The notes: generated by a model not told the origin, from the sequence alone. A stretch of 25,856 nt of DNA from an uncultured Gammaproteobacteria bacterium (GCA_913043035.1 CAJWMM010000001.1:1-25856), one strand, 5' to 3'. Positions 1 to 8,512 are shown, numbered from the stretch's first letter. Numbers and translations are program-made.

Positions 1-1106
1 TTAAGATCCATTATTTCAGACATCCACTCAAATGGATTAGTTGCACCAGGAAATTGTTCTGGTAAACCAACTTGAGTCAATCTTCTGTTAGCTATGAATT
101 TAATGAATTCCTCATATAGACTAGCATTGATACCAAGAATTGGTTTTGGCATAGTATCGTATGCATACTGTGTTTCTAATTTGACTCCAGTCATAATTAA
201 ATCAACCATTTCTGATTTGAAACTATCTGTCCATAATTCTGGATTCTCAAGTTTTATTTGATTAATAACATCAATGCCAAAGTTCATATGCATGGATTCA
301 TCTCTTAAAATATATTGAAATTGCTGTGCGACACCAGTCAATTTATTTCTTCTACCCATAGAGAGTATTTGTGTGAAACCAACATAAAAGAAGATGCCCT
401 CAAATACAACATAGAATGCTATTAAGTCTCTAAGTAGTCTTTGATTATTTTCTTTTGTCCCTGTTCTAAAATTTGGGTCACCTAGACTTTGAGTAAATGG
501 TAGAGCCCACTCAGCTTTTGTTGCTACTGCAGGTATTTCTCGATACATATTAAATATGCGTGTTTCTTCAAGTCCAAGTGACTGAACACAATATGTGTAT
601 GCATGCGTGTGTATTGCTTCCTCAAATGCTTGTCTAAGTAAATATTGTCTACATTCTGGATTTGTTATATGTCTATATACTGCAAGAACTAAATTATTTG
701 CCACAAGCGAATCAGCAGTCGAAAAGAATCCTAGGTTAACTTCGACAATTTTTCTCTCATCTTCAGTAAGTCCTTTAGGGTCATTCCATAGCTTGATGTC
801 ATCATGCATGGCTATTTCCTCAGGCATCCAATGGTTAGCTGACCCATCTAAATATTTTTTCCAAGCCCATTCATATTTAAATGGTACTAATTGGTTTAAG
901 TCTGCTCTACAATTAATGATTGCCTTATCATCAACTCTTATTCTACTCGCACCTTTTTCTATGTTCTCAATACCTGTGAGTCCCTCTTGAGCATACGTAT
1001 TATCAGCTTGAATAATAGGTTCGCTAAGATTATCAGTTTTAGGTTCTGATATTTTTGGCTCAGGTTTGTTTAATGCTTCATTTATAGGGTCGTCCCAGTT
1101 ATACAT
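1..1106 (-). CDS. nrdB: Ribonucleotide reductase class Ia beta (R2) subunit, Pseudomonas/Chlamydia-like subclass; 3' end truncated by the window edge
   Basis: Not in the ORF track; translated by hand from ATG at 1106: [14 protein letters not shown]...[29 protein letters not shown]...[16 protein letters not shown]...[13 protein letters not shown]...[11 protein letters not shown]...[13 protein letters not shown]...[14 protein letters not shown]. Ferritin-like diiron ligands (D, ExxH, E, ExxH) and the radical Tyr are present. AGGCGG SD lies 8 nt upstream of the ATG. Confidence 0.97.
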   Translation of the reverse strand, partial: MYNWDDPINEALNKPEPKISEPKTDNLSEPIIQADNTYAQEGLTGIENIEKGASRIRVDDKAIINCRADLNQLVPFKYEWAWKKYLDGSANHWMPEEIAMHDDIKLWNDPKGLTEDERKIVEVNLGFFSTADSLVANNLVLAVYRHITNPECRQYLLRQAFEEAIHTHAYTYCVQSLGLEETRIFNMYREIPAVATKAEWALPFTQSLGDPNFRTGTKENNQRLLRDLIAFYVVFEGIFFYVGFTQILSMGRRNKLTGVAQQFQYILRDESMHMNFGIDVINQIKLENPELWTDSFKSEMVDLIMTGVKLETQYAYDTMPKPILGINASLYEEFIKFIANRRLTQVGLPEQFPGATNPFEWMSEIMDL

Positions 1107-1111
1107 AATAA

Positions 1112-1273
1112 TTACCGCCTTTGTTTGTTCGTTAAATGCTGCCATCCTTTCAGCGCAGACAAATTCTTTTTGGTTATTTCGAGTTCTTCCAGTTCTCTTT
1201 TAATGTTCACAACCGTATACACTAGTAGTGTTACAATAACTGCAATTGATGAAATAATATATATCATTGACAT
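1112..1273 (-). CDS. Putative small single-pass membrane protein (53 aa from ATG 1273, or 51 aa from ATG 1267) between nrdA and nrdB
   Basis: Hand translation: [53 protein letters not shown]. The ATG at 1267 overlaps the nrdA TGA (ATGA). The TAA at 1112-1114 ends 5 nt before the nrdB ATG, so the ORF fills the whole 157-bp gap. Confidence 0.7.
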   Translation of the reverse strand: MSMIYIISSIAVIVTLLVYTVVNIKRELEELEITKKNLSALKGWQHLTNKQRR

Positions 1274-4119
1274 GCCTCACATTCTGGATCATCTATTAAG
1301 CACTGCTCGCTCTCAGTATTATTACTTACGGCATTTAAAGCAGAACCACTGTTGTCTGTAGTACTTTTTTCAACATGTGTTGCTCCAAGTGATCGTAAAT
1401 AATAAGTCGTTTTCAAACCTCTAATCCATGCTAGTTTATAGGCACTATCTAGTTTTTTACCATCCGTATCAGGAATATACAAATTGAGAGATTGGGACTG
1501 ATCTATCCACTTTTGTCGTCTCGCAGCAGCTTCAACGAGCCACCTAGTGTCTATCTCAAAACATGTTTGATAGAGAGTTTTTAAATCATCAGGTACTCTA
1601 CTTATCGAGCTCAATTGACCATCAAAATATTTTAAATCTTTAATCATTACTTCATCCCAAATATTTGCTTTCTTGAAGTCTTCAATCAAATATGGATTGA
1701 TGACTGTGAATTCACCTGACAAGTTTGATTTAACATAGAGGTTTTGATATGTGGGCTCTATTGATTGAGAAACACCGCATATGTTTGATATCGTTGCGGT
1801 TGGTGCGATGGCTAATGTATTTGAATTTCTCATGCCATGCTCCTTAATCTGATCTCTAAGTTTTTGCCAATCAAGCGTCTCACTCATATCAACATCTAAA
1901 TACTTTCCACGTATTTTTTTTAAGTTTCTTAAGCTATCTATCGGAAGTATTCCTTGACTCCAAAGTGATCCATCAAAAGATTCATATGAACCTCTTTCTT
2001 TAGCTAACTCCATTGATGCAGAAAGAGCATAGTAACTTATAACTTCCATACTTTTATCTGCAAAGTCTACAGCATCCTCGGATGCATATGACATTCTAAG
2101 TTTGTAAAGTGAATCTTGAAAGCCCATAACTCCCAAGCCAACTGGCCTATGTTTAAAATTAGAGTTTTTCGCTTTATCGACACTATAATAGTTATAGTCA
2201 ATGACATTATCGAGCATTCTCATTGCAGTTTTCACAGTCTTCCGCAATTTTTTCGTATCAAGTTGCATATCATTAGTTATGTGTGCTGATAAATTGACAG
2301 AGCCTAGATTACAAACAGCGATTTCATCTTTAGATGTGTTTAAAGTAATCTCAGTGCAAAGATTTGAAGAGTGCACTACACCAGTGTGTTGCTGAGGTGA
2401 TCTTAAGTTACAAGGGTCTTTAAAAGTTATCCATGGATGTCCCGTTTCGAAAAGCATGCTTAGGATTTTTCTCCATAAATCAATAGCCTTAACTCTCTTG
2501 AAGTTACTTATCTTGCCTTGATCAGCTAAATTTTCATACTCAGTATATTTCTCCTCAAAATCTAAACCTGTTAAATCATGTAGGTCTACAGTATCGTTAG
2601 GCGAAAAAAGTGTCCATTCTTCGTCGCTATGAACCCGTTTCATAAATAAATCAGGTATCCAATTTGCAGTATTCATATCATGAGTTCTTCTTCTATCGTC
2701 CCCTGTGTTTTTTCTTAGTTCTAGGAATTGCTCTATATCAAGATGCCAAGTCTCTAAATAAGCACACATAGCTCCTTTTCGTTTTCCACCTTGATTAACT
2801 GCAACTGCTGTATCGTTAGCAACTTTCAAAAAAGGTATAACACCTTGGCTTTTACCATTAGTGCCTTTTATGTATGACCCAAGTGCCCTAACTTGTGACC
2901 AATCATTCCCGAGACCTCCTGCAAATTTAGATAGCATTGCATCGTCACTTATTCCCTCGAAAATACCTTTAAGGTCATCTGGTATAGTTGATAAATAACA
3001 CGACGATAGTTGTGGACGAAGAGTCCCTGAATTAAACAGAGTAGGTGTGCTGCACATAAAGTCAAAAGATGAAATTAAATCATAGAACTCTACAGCTCTT
3101 TCTTCTCTATTCTTTTCATTTATTGCAAGTCCCATTGCCACTCTCATAAAAAATGCTTGAGGTAGTTCAAACCTAATTTCTTTTGAGTGTATGAAATATC
3201 TATCATATAAAGTTTGTAAACCAAGATATGTGAAGGCTTTATCTTTATCAGCACTAATATGCTTACATAAGTAATCAAGATCAAAATTTAATAATTCTTT
3301 ATCAAGTAGATTAAGTTCACATGCTTTGACTAAATATGATTTAAAGTAAGTGGGATAAAGATCGCCTATTTCATCAAGCGTAGGAGCTTTATTAGGCTCA
3401 CCTAGAAAAGTTAGAGCTTCCTCATAGATGCTGCTCAAGAGTAATCTAGCAACTACATATGAATAATTTGGGTCTTTCTCAATTAATGGTCTAACTGAAA
3501 TCAAAATTGAGCTTGAGAGATCTTCTTTTTTTATGCCGTCATAAATGTTTTTATCAATGGTTTCATAGACGGCATCAGCAGATACGTCACTTATGTTTTG
3601 ACAACTTTGTGAAATAATTAAACGTAGTTTTGATATATCTAATTGCTCAGTTGTACCATCTTCAAGTGTTACAGATTTATCTATTGGTAAATCTTCTAAG
3701 TCTTCGACTACATTTTGGCTTCTCGCCTTTGTTCTCTCCTCACGATAGAGTACATATGACCTTGCTACATCTTGATAGCCTGCACGCATTATAGCTAACT
3801 CAACCTGATCTTGTATATCTTCGATATGGACAACACCTCCTTCAGGAAATCTTCTTTTAATTGCAGAGTCTACTTTATTGGCTAAATTCTCAACTTCATT
3901 ATGAATTCTTGTTGAAGCTGCGGCACTACTACCTTCGACACTCAGGAAAGCTTTAGTCATAGCTACTACTATTTTGCTTAGATCGTATGATGTTACTTTA
4001 CCATTTCTTCTCATCACTCGATACTTGCCTGGTATAGGCGGCATACTTAGATCTTTTTCGTAAACATCAGTCTCTGCTAACTCAGCATGCTGATTATCAT
4101 TGTGTAATTCTTCTTTCAT
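1264..4119 (-). CDS. nrdA: Ribonucleotide reductase class Ia alpha (R1) subunit with two N-terminal ATP-cone domains
   Basis: ATP-cone 1 (VMRRNG...HIEDIQDQVE...VARSYVLYREER) and a degenerate second cone (VTLEDG...EKDPNYSYVVARLLL). Catalytic motifs STPTLFNSG, QLSSCYL, SSNLCTEI, AVCNLGS, APTATIS, KTTYYLRS and C-terminal [12 protein letters not shown]. Confidence 0.98.
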   Translation of the reverse strand: MKEELHNDNQHAELAETDVYEKDLSMPPIPGKYRVMRRNGKVTSYDLSKIVVAMTKAFLSVEGSSAAASTRIHNEVENLANKVDSAIKRRFPEGGVVHIEDIQDQVELAIMRAGYQDVARSYVLYREERTKARSQNVVEDLEDLPIDKSVTLEDGTTEQLDISKLRLIISQSCQNISDVSADAVYETIDKNIYDGIKKEDLSSSILISVRPLIEKDPNYSYVVARLLLSSIYEEALTFLGEPNKAPTLDEIGDLYPTYFKSYLVKACELNLLDKELLNFDLDYLCKHISADKDKAFTYLGLQTLYDRYFIHSKEIRFELPQAFFMRVAMGLAINEKNREERAVEFYDLISSFDFMCSTPTLFNSGTLRPQLSSCYLSTIPDDLKGIFEGISDDAMLSKFAGGLGNDWSQVRALGSYIKGTNGKSQGVIPFLKVANDTAVAVNQGGKRKGAMCAYLETWHLDIEQFLELRKNTGDDRRRTHDMNTANWIPDLFMKRVHSDEEWTLFSPNDTVDLHDLTGLDFEEKYTEYENLADQGKISNFKRVKAIDLWRKILSMLFETGHPWITFKDPCNLRSPQQHTGVVHSSNLCTEITLNTSKDEIAVCNLGSVNLSAHITNDMQLDTKKLRKTVKTAMRMLDNVIDYNYYSVDKAKNSNFKHRPVGLGVMGFQDSLYKLRMSYASEDAVDFADKSMEVISYYALSASMELAKERGSYESFDGSLWSQGILPIDSLRNLKKIRGKYLDVDMSETLDWQKLRDQIKEHGMRNSNTLAIAPTATISNICGVSQSIEPTYQNLYVKSNLSGEFTVINPYLIEDFKKANIWDEVMIKDLKYFDGQLSSISRVPDDLKTLYQTCFEIDTRWLVEAAARRQKWIDQSQSLNLYIPDTDGKKLDSAYKLAWIRGLKTTYYLRSLGATHVEKSTTDNSGSALNAVSNNTESEQCLIDDPECEACQ

Positions 4120-4221
4120 TCTTTAACTGTTACCTTTTTCTATATAATTTTTGCTTATCTAATGTCCTTATCTTATATTTAGGCACTCGAAAATGTCTTC
4201 AGTGACACTGCTACAATTAGA

Positions 4222-4250
4222 ATTATACCACTAAATATTGTGGTTGTAAG
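4222..4250 (-). promoter_or_regulatory. sigma70-type promoter of nrdAB (-35 CTTACA, 17 bp spacer, extended -10 TGgTATAAT)
   Basis: On the minus strand TATAAT is at 4227-4222, preceded by TG-n. CTTACA is at 4250-4245 with an exact 17-nt spacer. It sits about 100 nt upstream of the nrdA ATG. Confidence 0.7.
4228..4243. promoter_or_regulatory. NrdR box 1
   Basis: CCACTAAATATTGTGG matches the NrdR consensus acaCwAtATaTwGtg and occupies the -35/-10 spacer of the nrdA promoter. Confidence 0.85.
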
Positions 4251-4259
4251 TACGTTGAA

Positions 4260-4275
4260 ACTCAATATGTTGTGT
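4260..4275. promoter_or_regulatory. NrdR box 2
   Basis: ACTCAATATGTTGTGT matches the NrdR consensus and starts 32 bp from box 1, the typical tandem spacing of about three helical turns. Confidence 0.8.
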
Positions 4276-4281
4276 TTTTTT

Positions 4282-4301
4282 TGTGGTAAAGTTGTGGAAA
4301 A
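4282..4301 (-). promoter_or_regulatory. Pair of DnaA-box-like sites upstream of nrdA
   Basis: Minus strand TTTTCCACA (4301-4293) matches TTWTNCACA exactly. TTTACCACA (4290-4282) has one mismatch. They are 11 bp apart. Confidence 0.55.
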
Positions 4302-4346
4302 CCTGTAAATACTTGATTATAAGAATATACTAATATTCTAAAAATA

Positions 4347-5738
4347 TTACATTATTAGGGTTGCAACACCGAGTAAAGATATAAATCCAACGATATCTGT
4401 GATGGTAGTGAGTATTACTCCTCCTGCTATGGCTGGATCTATGTTTAATTTTTTGAGGATCAACGGGAGAGTAACACCACTGATCGCACCTATGATCAAA
4501 TTTACCAGCAAAGCAACTGCAATTACTACCCCAAGAAAGACGCTATCAAACCAGAGATAAACTGCTATTGATACAACTGATGACCATAGAATACCGTTAA
4601 GTACACCAATCGCACTCTCTTTGAGTATAAGCAACTTTGAGTTTGATAAGCCAATTTGGTTTGTTGCTTGTGATCGAATTACAAGAGCAAGGCTTTGCAT
4701 ACCAGCTATCCCACCCATGCTAGCTACAATAGGCATCAGGATTGCAAGCGTTACTATTTTCTCTATCGTCGCTTCAAATATTCCTATTGCAGCAGCCGCA
4801 AGGATTGCTGTAATGAGGTTCGCTCCTAACCATAGAGTTCTTCTTTTTGTACTTTGTATTATTGGTGCAAAAATATCATCTTCTTTATTCAAACCTGCCA
4901 TATTTAAAACCGAGTCATCGGCTTCATCCCTTATGACATCGACAACATCATCAATGGTAATCCTGCCAAGCAGTATTCCATCCTTATCAACAACAGCTGC
5001 TGATAAGAGATCGTGGTCTTCAAATATCTTTGCGACTTCGTGCTCATTTACTTTTGGATCAATAATGTTTTTATCCTCAGTCATGATCTCTGATATAAGT
5101 GCTGAGGGTTTTGCAACTAATAGATTCTGAATAGAAACATATCCGAAATACCTATTCATGATATCTGTTACGAATACATTATCTGTTTGTTCGGGTAACT
5201 CACCTAATTTTCTTAAATACCTGAGAAGTACCTCAACAGTCACATTTGCACGAATATTGATTGTATCAGTGTTCATAAGACCGCCAGCTGTATCATCGGG
5301 GAAAGACAAAACTTTTGCTAGTCGATCTTGGTTTTGCTTATCTAAACTATTAACAGCCTTTTTAATAAGATTTGACGGAAGTGACTTTATGATGTCAGCT
5401 AGATCATCTGTATCAAGATTTTCTGCAATCTTGGCTAGTTCCTCAGTCCCTCCTTCATCTATAAGCTCATCCAATAAATTACCGCGTATCTCCTCACTCA
5501 GTTCAGCAAGGGTTTCCCCTTTGTTTTGATTAGAGACAAGCTTCCAAATTAAGTCTCTTCGATTACGAGGTGAACTCTCAATAACATCGGCAATCTCAGA
5601 TGGGTAAAGAGAGTTGAGCAGATTCCTTGCTTGAATAATTGCTCCACTATCGAGCACCTCAGATAATTGGTCTAAGGTGAGTGCATCTTGTTTTTGCTCT
5701 AATTTTGCTTCCATGAAACCATTATGCTCTTTAAACAC
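4347..5738 (-). CDS. mgtE: Magnesium transporter MgtE (start may be ATG at 5714)
   Basis: MgtE_N domain (LYPSEIADVIES), FPDDTAGGLM, two CBS domains (GRITIDDVVDVIRDEA), and TM domain with MPIVASMGGIAGMQ, IDPAIAGGVILTTITDIVG. Confidence 0.96.
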   Translation of the reverse strand: MFKEHNGFMEAKLEQKQDALTLDQLSEVLDSGAIIQARNLLNSLYPSEIADVIESSPRNRRDLIWKLVSNQNKGETLAELSEEIRGNLLDELIDEGGTEELAKIAENLDTDDLADIIKSLPSNLIKKAVNSLDKQNQDRLAKVLSFPDDTAGGLMNTDTINIRANVTVEVLLRYLRKLGELPEQTDNVFVTDIMNRYFGYVSIQNLLVAKPSALISEIMTEDKNIIDPKVNEHEVAKIFEDHDLLSAAVVDKDGILLGRITIDDVVDVIRDEADDSVLNMAGLNKEDDIFAPIIQSTKRRTLWLGANLITAILAAAAIGIFEATIEKIVTLAILMPIVASMGGIAGMQSLALVIRSQATNQIGLSNSKLLILKESAIGVLNGILWSSVVSIAVYLWFDSVFLGVVIAVALLVNLIIGAISGVTLPLILKKLNIDPAIAGGVILTTITDIVGFISLLGVATLIM

Positions 5739-5790
5739 AAGGTTTCAAATTTATTTGTTGGAAATTTTCTACTTATGGTGTTTTCAATTT

Positions 5791-5842
5791 AAGGTTGGTT
5801 TGAACAACGGGGAGTTAAATAATGTCATCCAAACCTTACCTT
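5791..5842 (-). other. Imperfect RNA hairpin between the porin stop and the mgtE start
   Basis: Minus strand AAGGT-AA-GGTTTGGATGAC-(15 nt loop)-GTTGTTCAAACC-A-ACCTT: a 12-bp upper stem with three G-U pairs plus a 5-bp basal stem. No U-tract follows. Confidence 0.55.
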
Positions 5843-5859
5843 ATGGGAATGTTTCTATT

Positions 5860-6972
5860 CTAGAAGTCGTGCCTTAAGCCTATCAATGTTGACTCGATAT
5901 TATGATTTACACCATCGCCTGAGCCAGCATCACTTTTAGAGTGAGCTAAATAAACTCTCGATGTTTTTGATAATTTATAATACATACCAATATTATATCC
6001 ATCTCTATCATAAGTAGGACCTTGCTTTGCATCAGTCTCAGCATATGAATATTGAAATTCCATTGGACCTGTCTTATAACGAATACCGTACCAGTTAGCC
6101 TCACCATCGTTGCCGGAGCCTGTAAACATCTTGCTATCAACGCCAATGTCTTCATGCATATACCATATCTTAATCTTATCTCCGCTTTGAAGTTTAAAGT
6201 CTTTTGTTAATGTAACTTTTTCATTGTAGTCTTGCCCTGAGCTATGACTGTCATCTGTATTTCTAGCATAGACAATACTCAAACCAGGCAGAAAAAGATT
6301 TTTGTATTCAATGCCTATTCCAGTATCTTTGTTTGTTGTTGATGTATTGGAATTTTCTCCAACACCGTATATAGCGGCGAATCTAAAGTTACCTGATTTT
6401 AACTCATATAACATAGACTCTCTCCAATAAGAACTATGTGCCATAGATCCCTGAGAAATCATCCTTGTATCACGAGCTTGAGAAATTGTATCGTGAAAAA
6501 TATCATGCTTAGCCAGATATTTGTATGGGGATTCAAGTGACCCGAATTTAAATTGACCGAACGGCGTTAATAATCCAACCCAACCTTGTTTCAAAACAAA
6601 TGAATTACACGGTGACTTAGCATTTGCATCACTATTACAATTTGTGCTGTTTGATGTTGCCCAACCATCAGAAATATCAATTGCATATTCTACTTTGTAA
6701 TTAACAGCATAACCATTACCTATAGTATTTTTACCTTTAACACCTACTCTTCCCATACCCTCATCATCACGAAGATTAGATATTTTTTTATTATTACTGG
6801 TTGAATTATCGGAATTATCGTATTGAACAAATAATCTCCCGTAAAAAATTGCACTCGAGCCTTTTTTTTCTGTGGCTGCATATGTATTTTCAGATGTCAT
6901 CAATCCACCAACAAAACTAAGTGCGGGAATTGCAATTATTGTTATAATTAAATATCTGTATATTTCTTTCAT
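5860..6972 (-). CDS. Outer-membrane porin, Gram-negative trimeric porin family
   Basis: Long signal peptide (likely cleavage near NTYA/A), first strand FYGRL, GRVGVKGKNTIGNGYAVNYKVEY, QGWVGLLTPFGQFKFG, alternating amphipathic strands and C-terminal BAM signal IGLRHDF. Confidence 0.88.
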   Translation of the reverse strand: MKEIYRYLIITIIAIPALSFVGGLMTSENTYAATEKKGSSAIFYGRLFVQYDNSDNSTSNNKKISNLRDDEGMGRVGVKGKNTIGNGYAVNYKVEYAIDISDGWATSNSTNCNSDANAKSPCNSFVLKQGWVGLLTPFGQFKFGSLESPYKYLAKHDIFHDTISQARDTRMISQGSMAHSSYWRESMLYELKSGNFRFAAIYGVGENSNTSTTNKDTGIGIEYKNLFLPGLSIVYARNTDDSHSSGQDYNEKVTLTKDFKLQSGDKIKIWYMHEDIGVDSKMFTGSGNDGEANWYGIRYKTGPMEFQYSYAETDAKQGPTYDRDGYNIGMYYKLSKTSRVYLAHSKSDAGSGDGVNHNIESTLIGLRHDF

Positions 6973-7083
6973 TGTATCTCTTCCTATTTAAATTATTGAT
7001 CTAAGACGTCAAAATCATAAATAGTATAAGATTAATAGTAGTATGTTTTTATAAAAGTAATATGAAAGAATTAAGTATCAATT

Positions 7084-7101
7084 ATTACAAAAATGTTACA
7101 A
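7084..7101 (-). promoter_or_regulatory. Pho-box-like 11-bp direct repeat upstream of the porin
   Basis: Minus strand TTGTAAC-ATTT-TTGTAAT: two half-sites with 11-bp period, compared with canonical CTGTCAT-AAAA-CTGTCAT. Confidence 0.65.
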
Positions 7102-7108
7102 GATAATA

Positions 7109-7795
7109 TTAATTTTTATCATCAAGTGAATAGCCAGATGATCGTATGGTTCGTATTACCTTGCATTCTTCACTAACGCTTAAGGCTTTGCGTAATCTTC
7201 TTATGTGTACATCTATAGTTCTATCTGTGATATAAACATTAGTGCCCCATACTGCATCAAGTAGTTGCTGTCTACTGTAAACCCTTCCTGGATTTTTCAT
7301 TAAAAATTCCAAAATTCTATACTCCCTTGGTCCGAGCTTAGTTTCTTTGTCACAACAGTAAACTCTATGCATATCAGTATCCATAACTATATTTCCATAT
7401 TTAAGTTTAGATGTAAGACTAGATTCATTGCTTCTTCGCAGTAGAGCACTTATCCGCGCCAGAAGCTCTTTTGGGCTAAAAGGCTTAATAAGATAATCAT
7501 CTGCGCCATTGTCAAAACCTTGGAGTAAATCCTCTTCTTCGCCCTTAGCTGTAAGCATTATCACTGGGGTTCTTTGTATCTCTTTTTTAGATCTTATAAA
7601 CTTACAGATCTCTGTGCCCTCGATGTCAGGCAACATTCTATCGAGAAGTATAAGGTCAGGCTTCAACTCCTGAATTTTGAGCATACCGTCATATCCATTT
7701 AACGAAAAATCAAATTTATATCCAGCAGATTTGATATTGTATTCTAGTAAGGAGACCAGTGATTCTTCATCTTCAATAGAGAAAATGGTTTTCAC
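7109..7795 (-). CDS. phoB: Phosphate regulon response regulator PhoB
   Basis: Receiver domain (IEDE, DLILLDRMLP, PVIMLTAKGEEED, GADDYLIKPFSPKEL) and winged helix (GRVYSRQQLLDAVWG, RTIDVHIRRLRKAL, IRTIRSSGY). GTG start overlaps the phoU TAG by one base. Confidence 0.95.
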   Translation of the reverse strand: MKTIFSIEDEESLVSLLEYNIKSAGYKFDFSLNGYDGMLKIQELKPDLILLDRMLPDIEGTEICKFIRSKKEIQRTPVIMLTAKGEEEDLLQGFDNGADDYLIKPFSPKELLARISALLRRSNESSLTSKLKYGNIVMDTDMHRVYCCDKETKLGPREYRILEFLMKNPGRVYSRQQLLDAVWGTNVYITDRTIDVHIRRLRKALSVSEECKVIRTIRSSGYSLDDKN

Positions 7796-8493
7796 TACTC
7801 TGATTCACCTTTTGGTCTTGGAGTTGTGATAATTTCACCAGTTACAGTATAAAATATTTCTTCTGCAATGTTAGTTATATGGTCACCCGCTCTCTCTATA
7901 GTTTTTATGGTGAAAAGTAATTTAGTATTCGCTAATGTCTTAATCTTGTTCGGTTTACTTTTGATATCTTCTATAATTTGGTTATAAATCATCTGATAGT
8001 GCTGATCTATAGCTGCATCAGCATTTCTAACTTCTAGTGCTTTATCTTTATTTTTTGTGACGTAAGCATCAATTACACGTTTGAGCTGACCTTGAACCAT
8101 GACTGTCATTCTTAAAATTTCATTTTTTATTTCTGCTGGTGGAATTTCCTCCAGAGCCTGAATTCTCAGGGAGATATTTTTACAATAATCTCCTAATCTC
8201 TCTAAATCTGTTGATATCTTAAGTGCGGTTAAACCCTCTCTGAGATCTATTGCCATAGGAGATCGCAAAGTTATAAAAGTTATAACCTGATCCCTTATCT
8301 TTCCGTCAAACGCATCCAACTTTGGTTCATTTTCTAAGACATCCTCAACTGTGGAGGCAGAGCCAGTATCTATAATATGATGTAGGAGTTTATATTGCTC
8401 CTCAACTAATGTAGCCATTTTAGTTACGGATCTTCTTATCGATGCAATGTCGTCATCAAAAGATGAAACAATATGACCGCTTTGTTCACTCAT
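7795..8493 (-). CDS. phoU: Phosphate signalling/uptake regulator PhoU
   Basis: GHIVSSFDDD start, PMAIDLRE, KISTDLERLGDYCKNI, KTIERAGDHITNIAEEIFYTVTG. GAGGT SD upstream. Confidence 0.95.
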   Translation of the reverse strand: MSEQSGHIVSSFDDDIASIRRSVTKMATLVEEQYKLLHHIIDTGSASTVEDVLENEPKLDAFDGKIRDQVITFITLRSPMAIDLREGLTALKISTDLERLGDYCKNISLRIQALEEIPPAEIKNEILRMTVMVQGQLKRVIDAYVTKNKDKALEVRNADAAIDQHYQMIYNQIIEDIKSKPNKIKTLANTKLLFTIKTIERAGDHITNIAEEIFYTVTGEIITTPRPKGESE

Positions 8494-8512
8494 ATAACTT
8501 ACCTCTCATTAA

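Noticed and set aside
597-713. Possible class Ic (Mn/Fe) R2, given similarity to Chlamydia NrdB
   Set aside because: The diagnostic positions are Asp and Tyr, which is class Ia.
595-990. 131-aa plus-strand ORF in the track
   Set aside because: Antisense shadow of nrdB, which the track missed because it runs off the window edge.
1125-1361. 78-aa plus-strand ORF spanning the nrdA-nrdB junction
   Set aside because: Antisense to nrdA and to the better supported minus-strand small ORF; no SD and no recognisable product.
4200-4210. CAGTG-A-CACTG palindrome in the nrdA leader
   Set aside because: 5-bp arms with a 1-nt centre; too short to fold and matches no operator I can name.
5739-5859. Known riboswitch (M-box, yybP-ykoY, fluoride) or SRP/6S RNA upstream of mgtE
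   Set aside because: The region is only about 120 nt and lacks the conserved motifs I recall; reported only as an unnamed hairpin.
4621-5877. Plus-strand ORFs 4621-5130, 5158-5529 and 5677-5877
   Set aside because: Antisense to mgtE or the porin end; typical shadow ORFs.
5946-6155. 69-aa same-strand alternative-frame ORF in the porin
   Set aside because: Fully nested, no SD, no recognisable motif.
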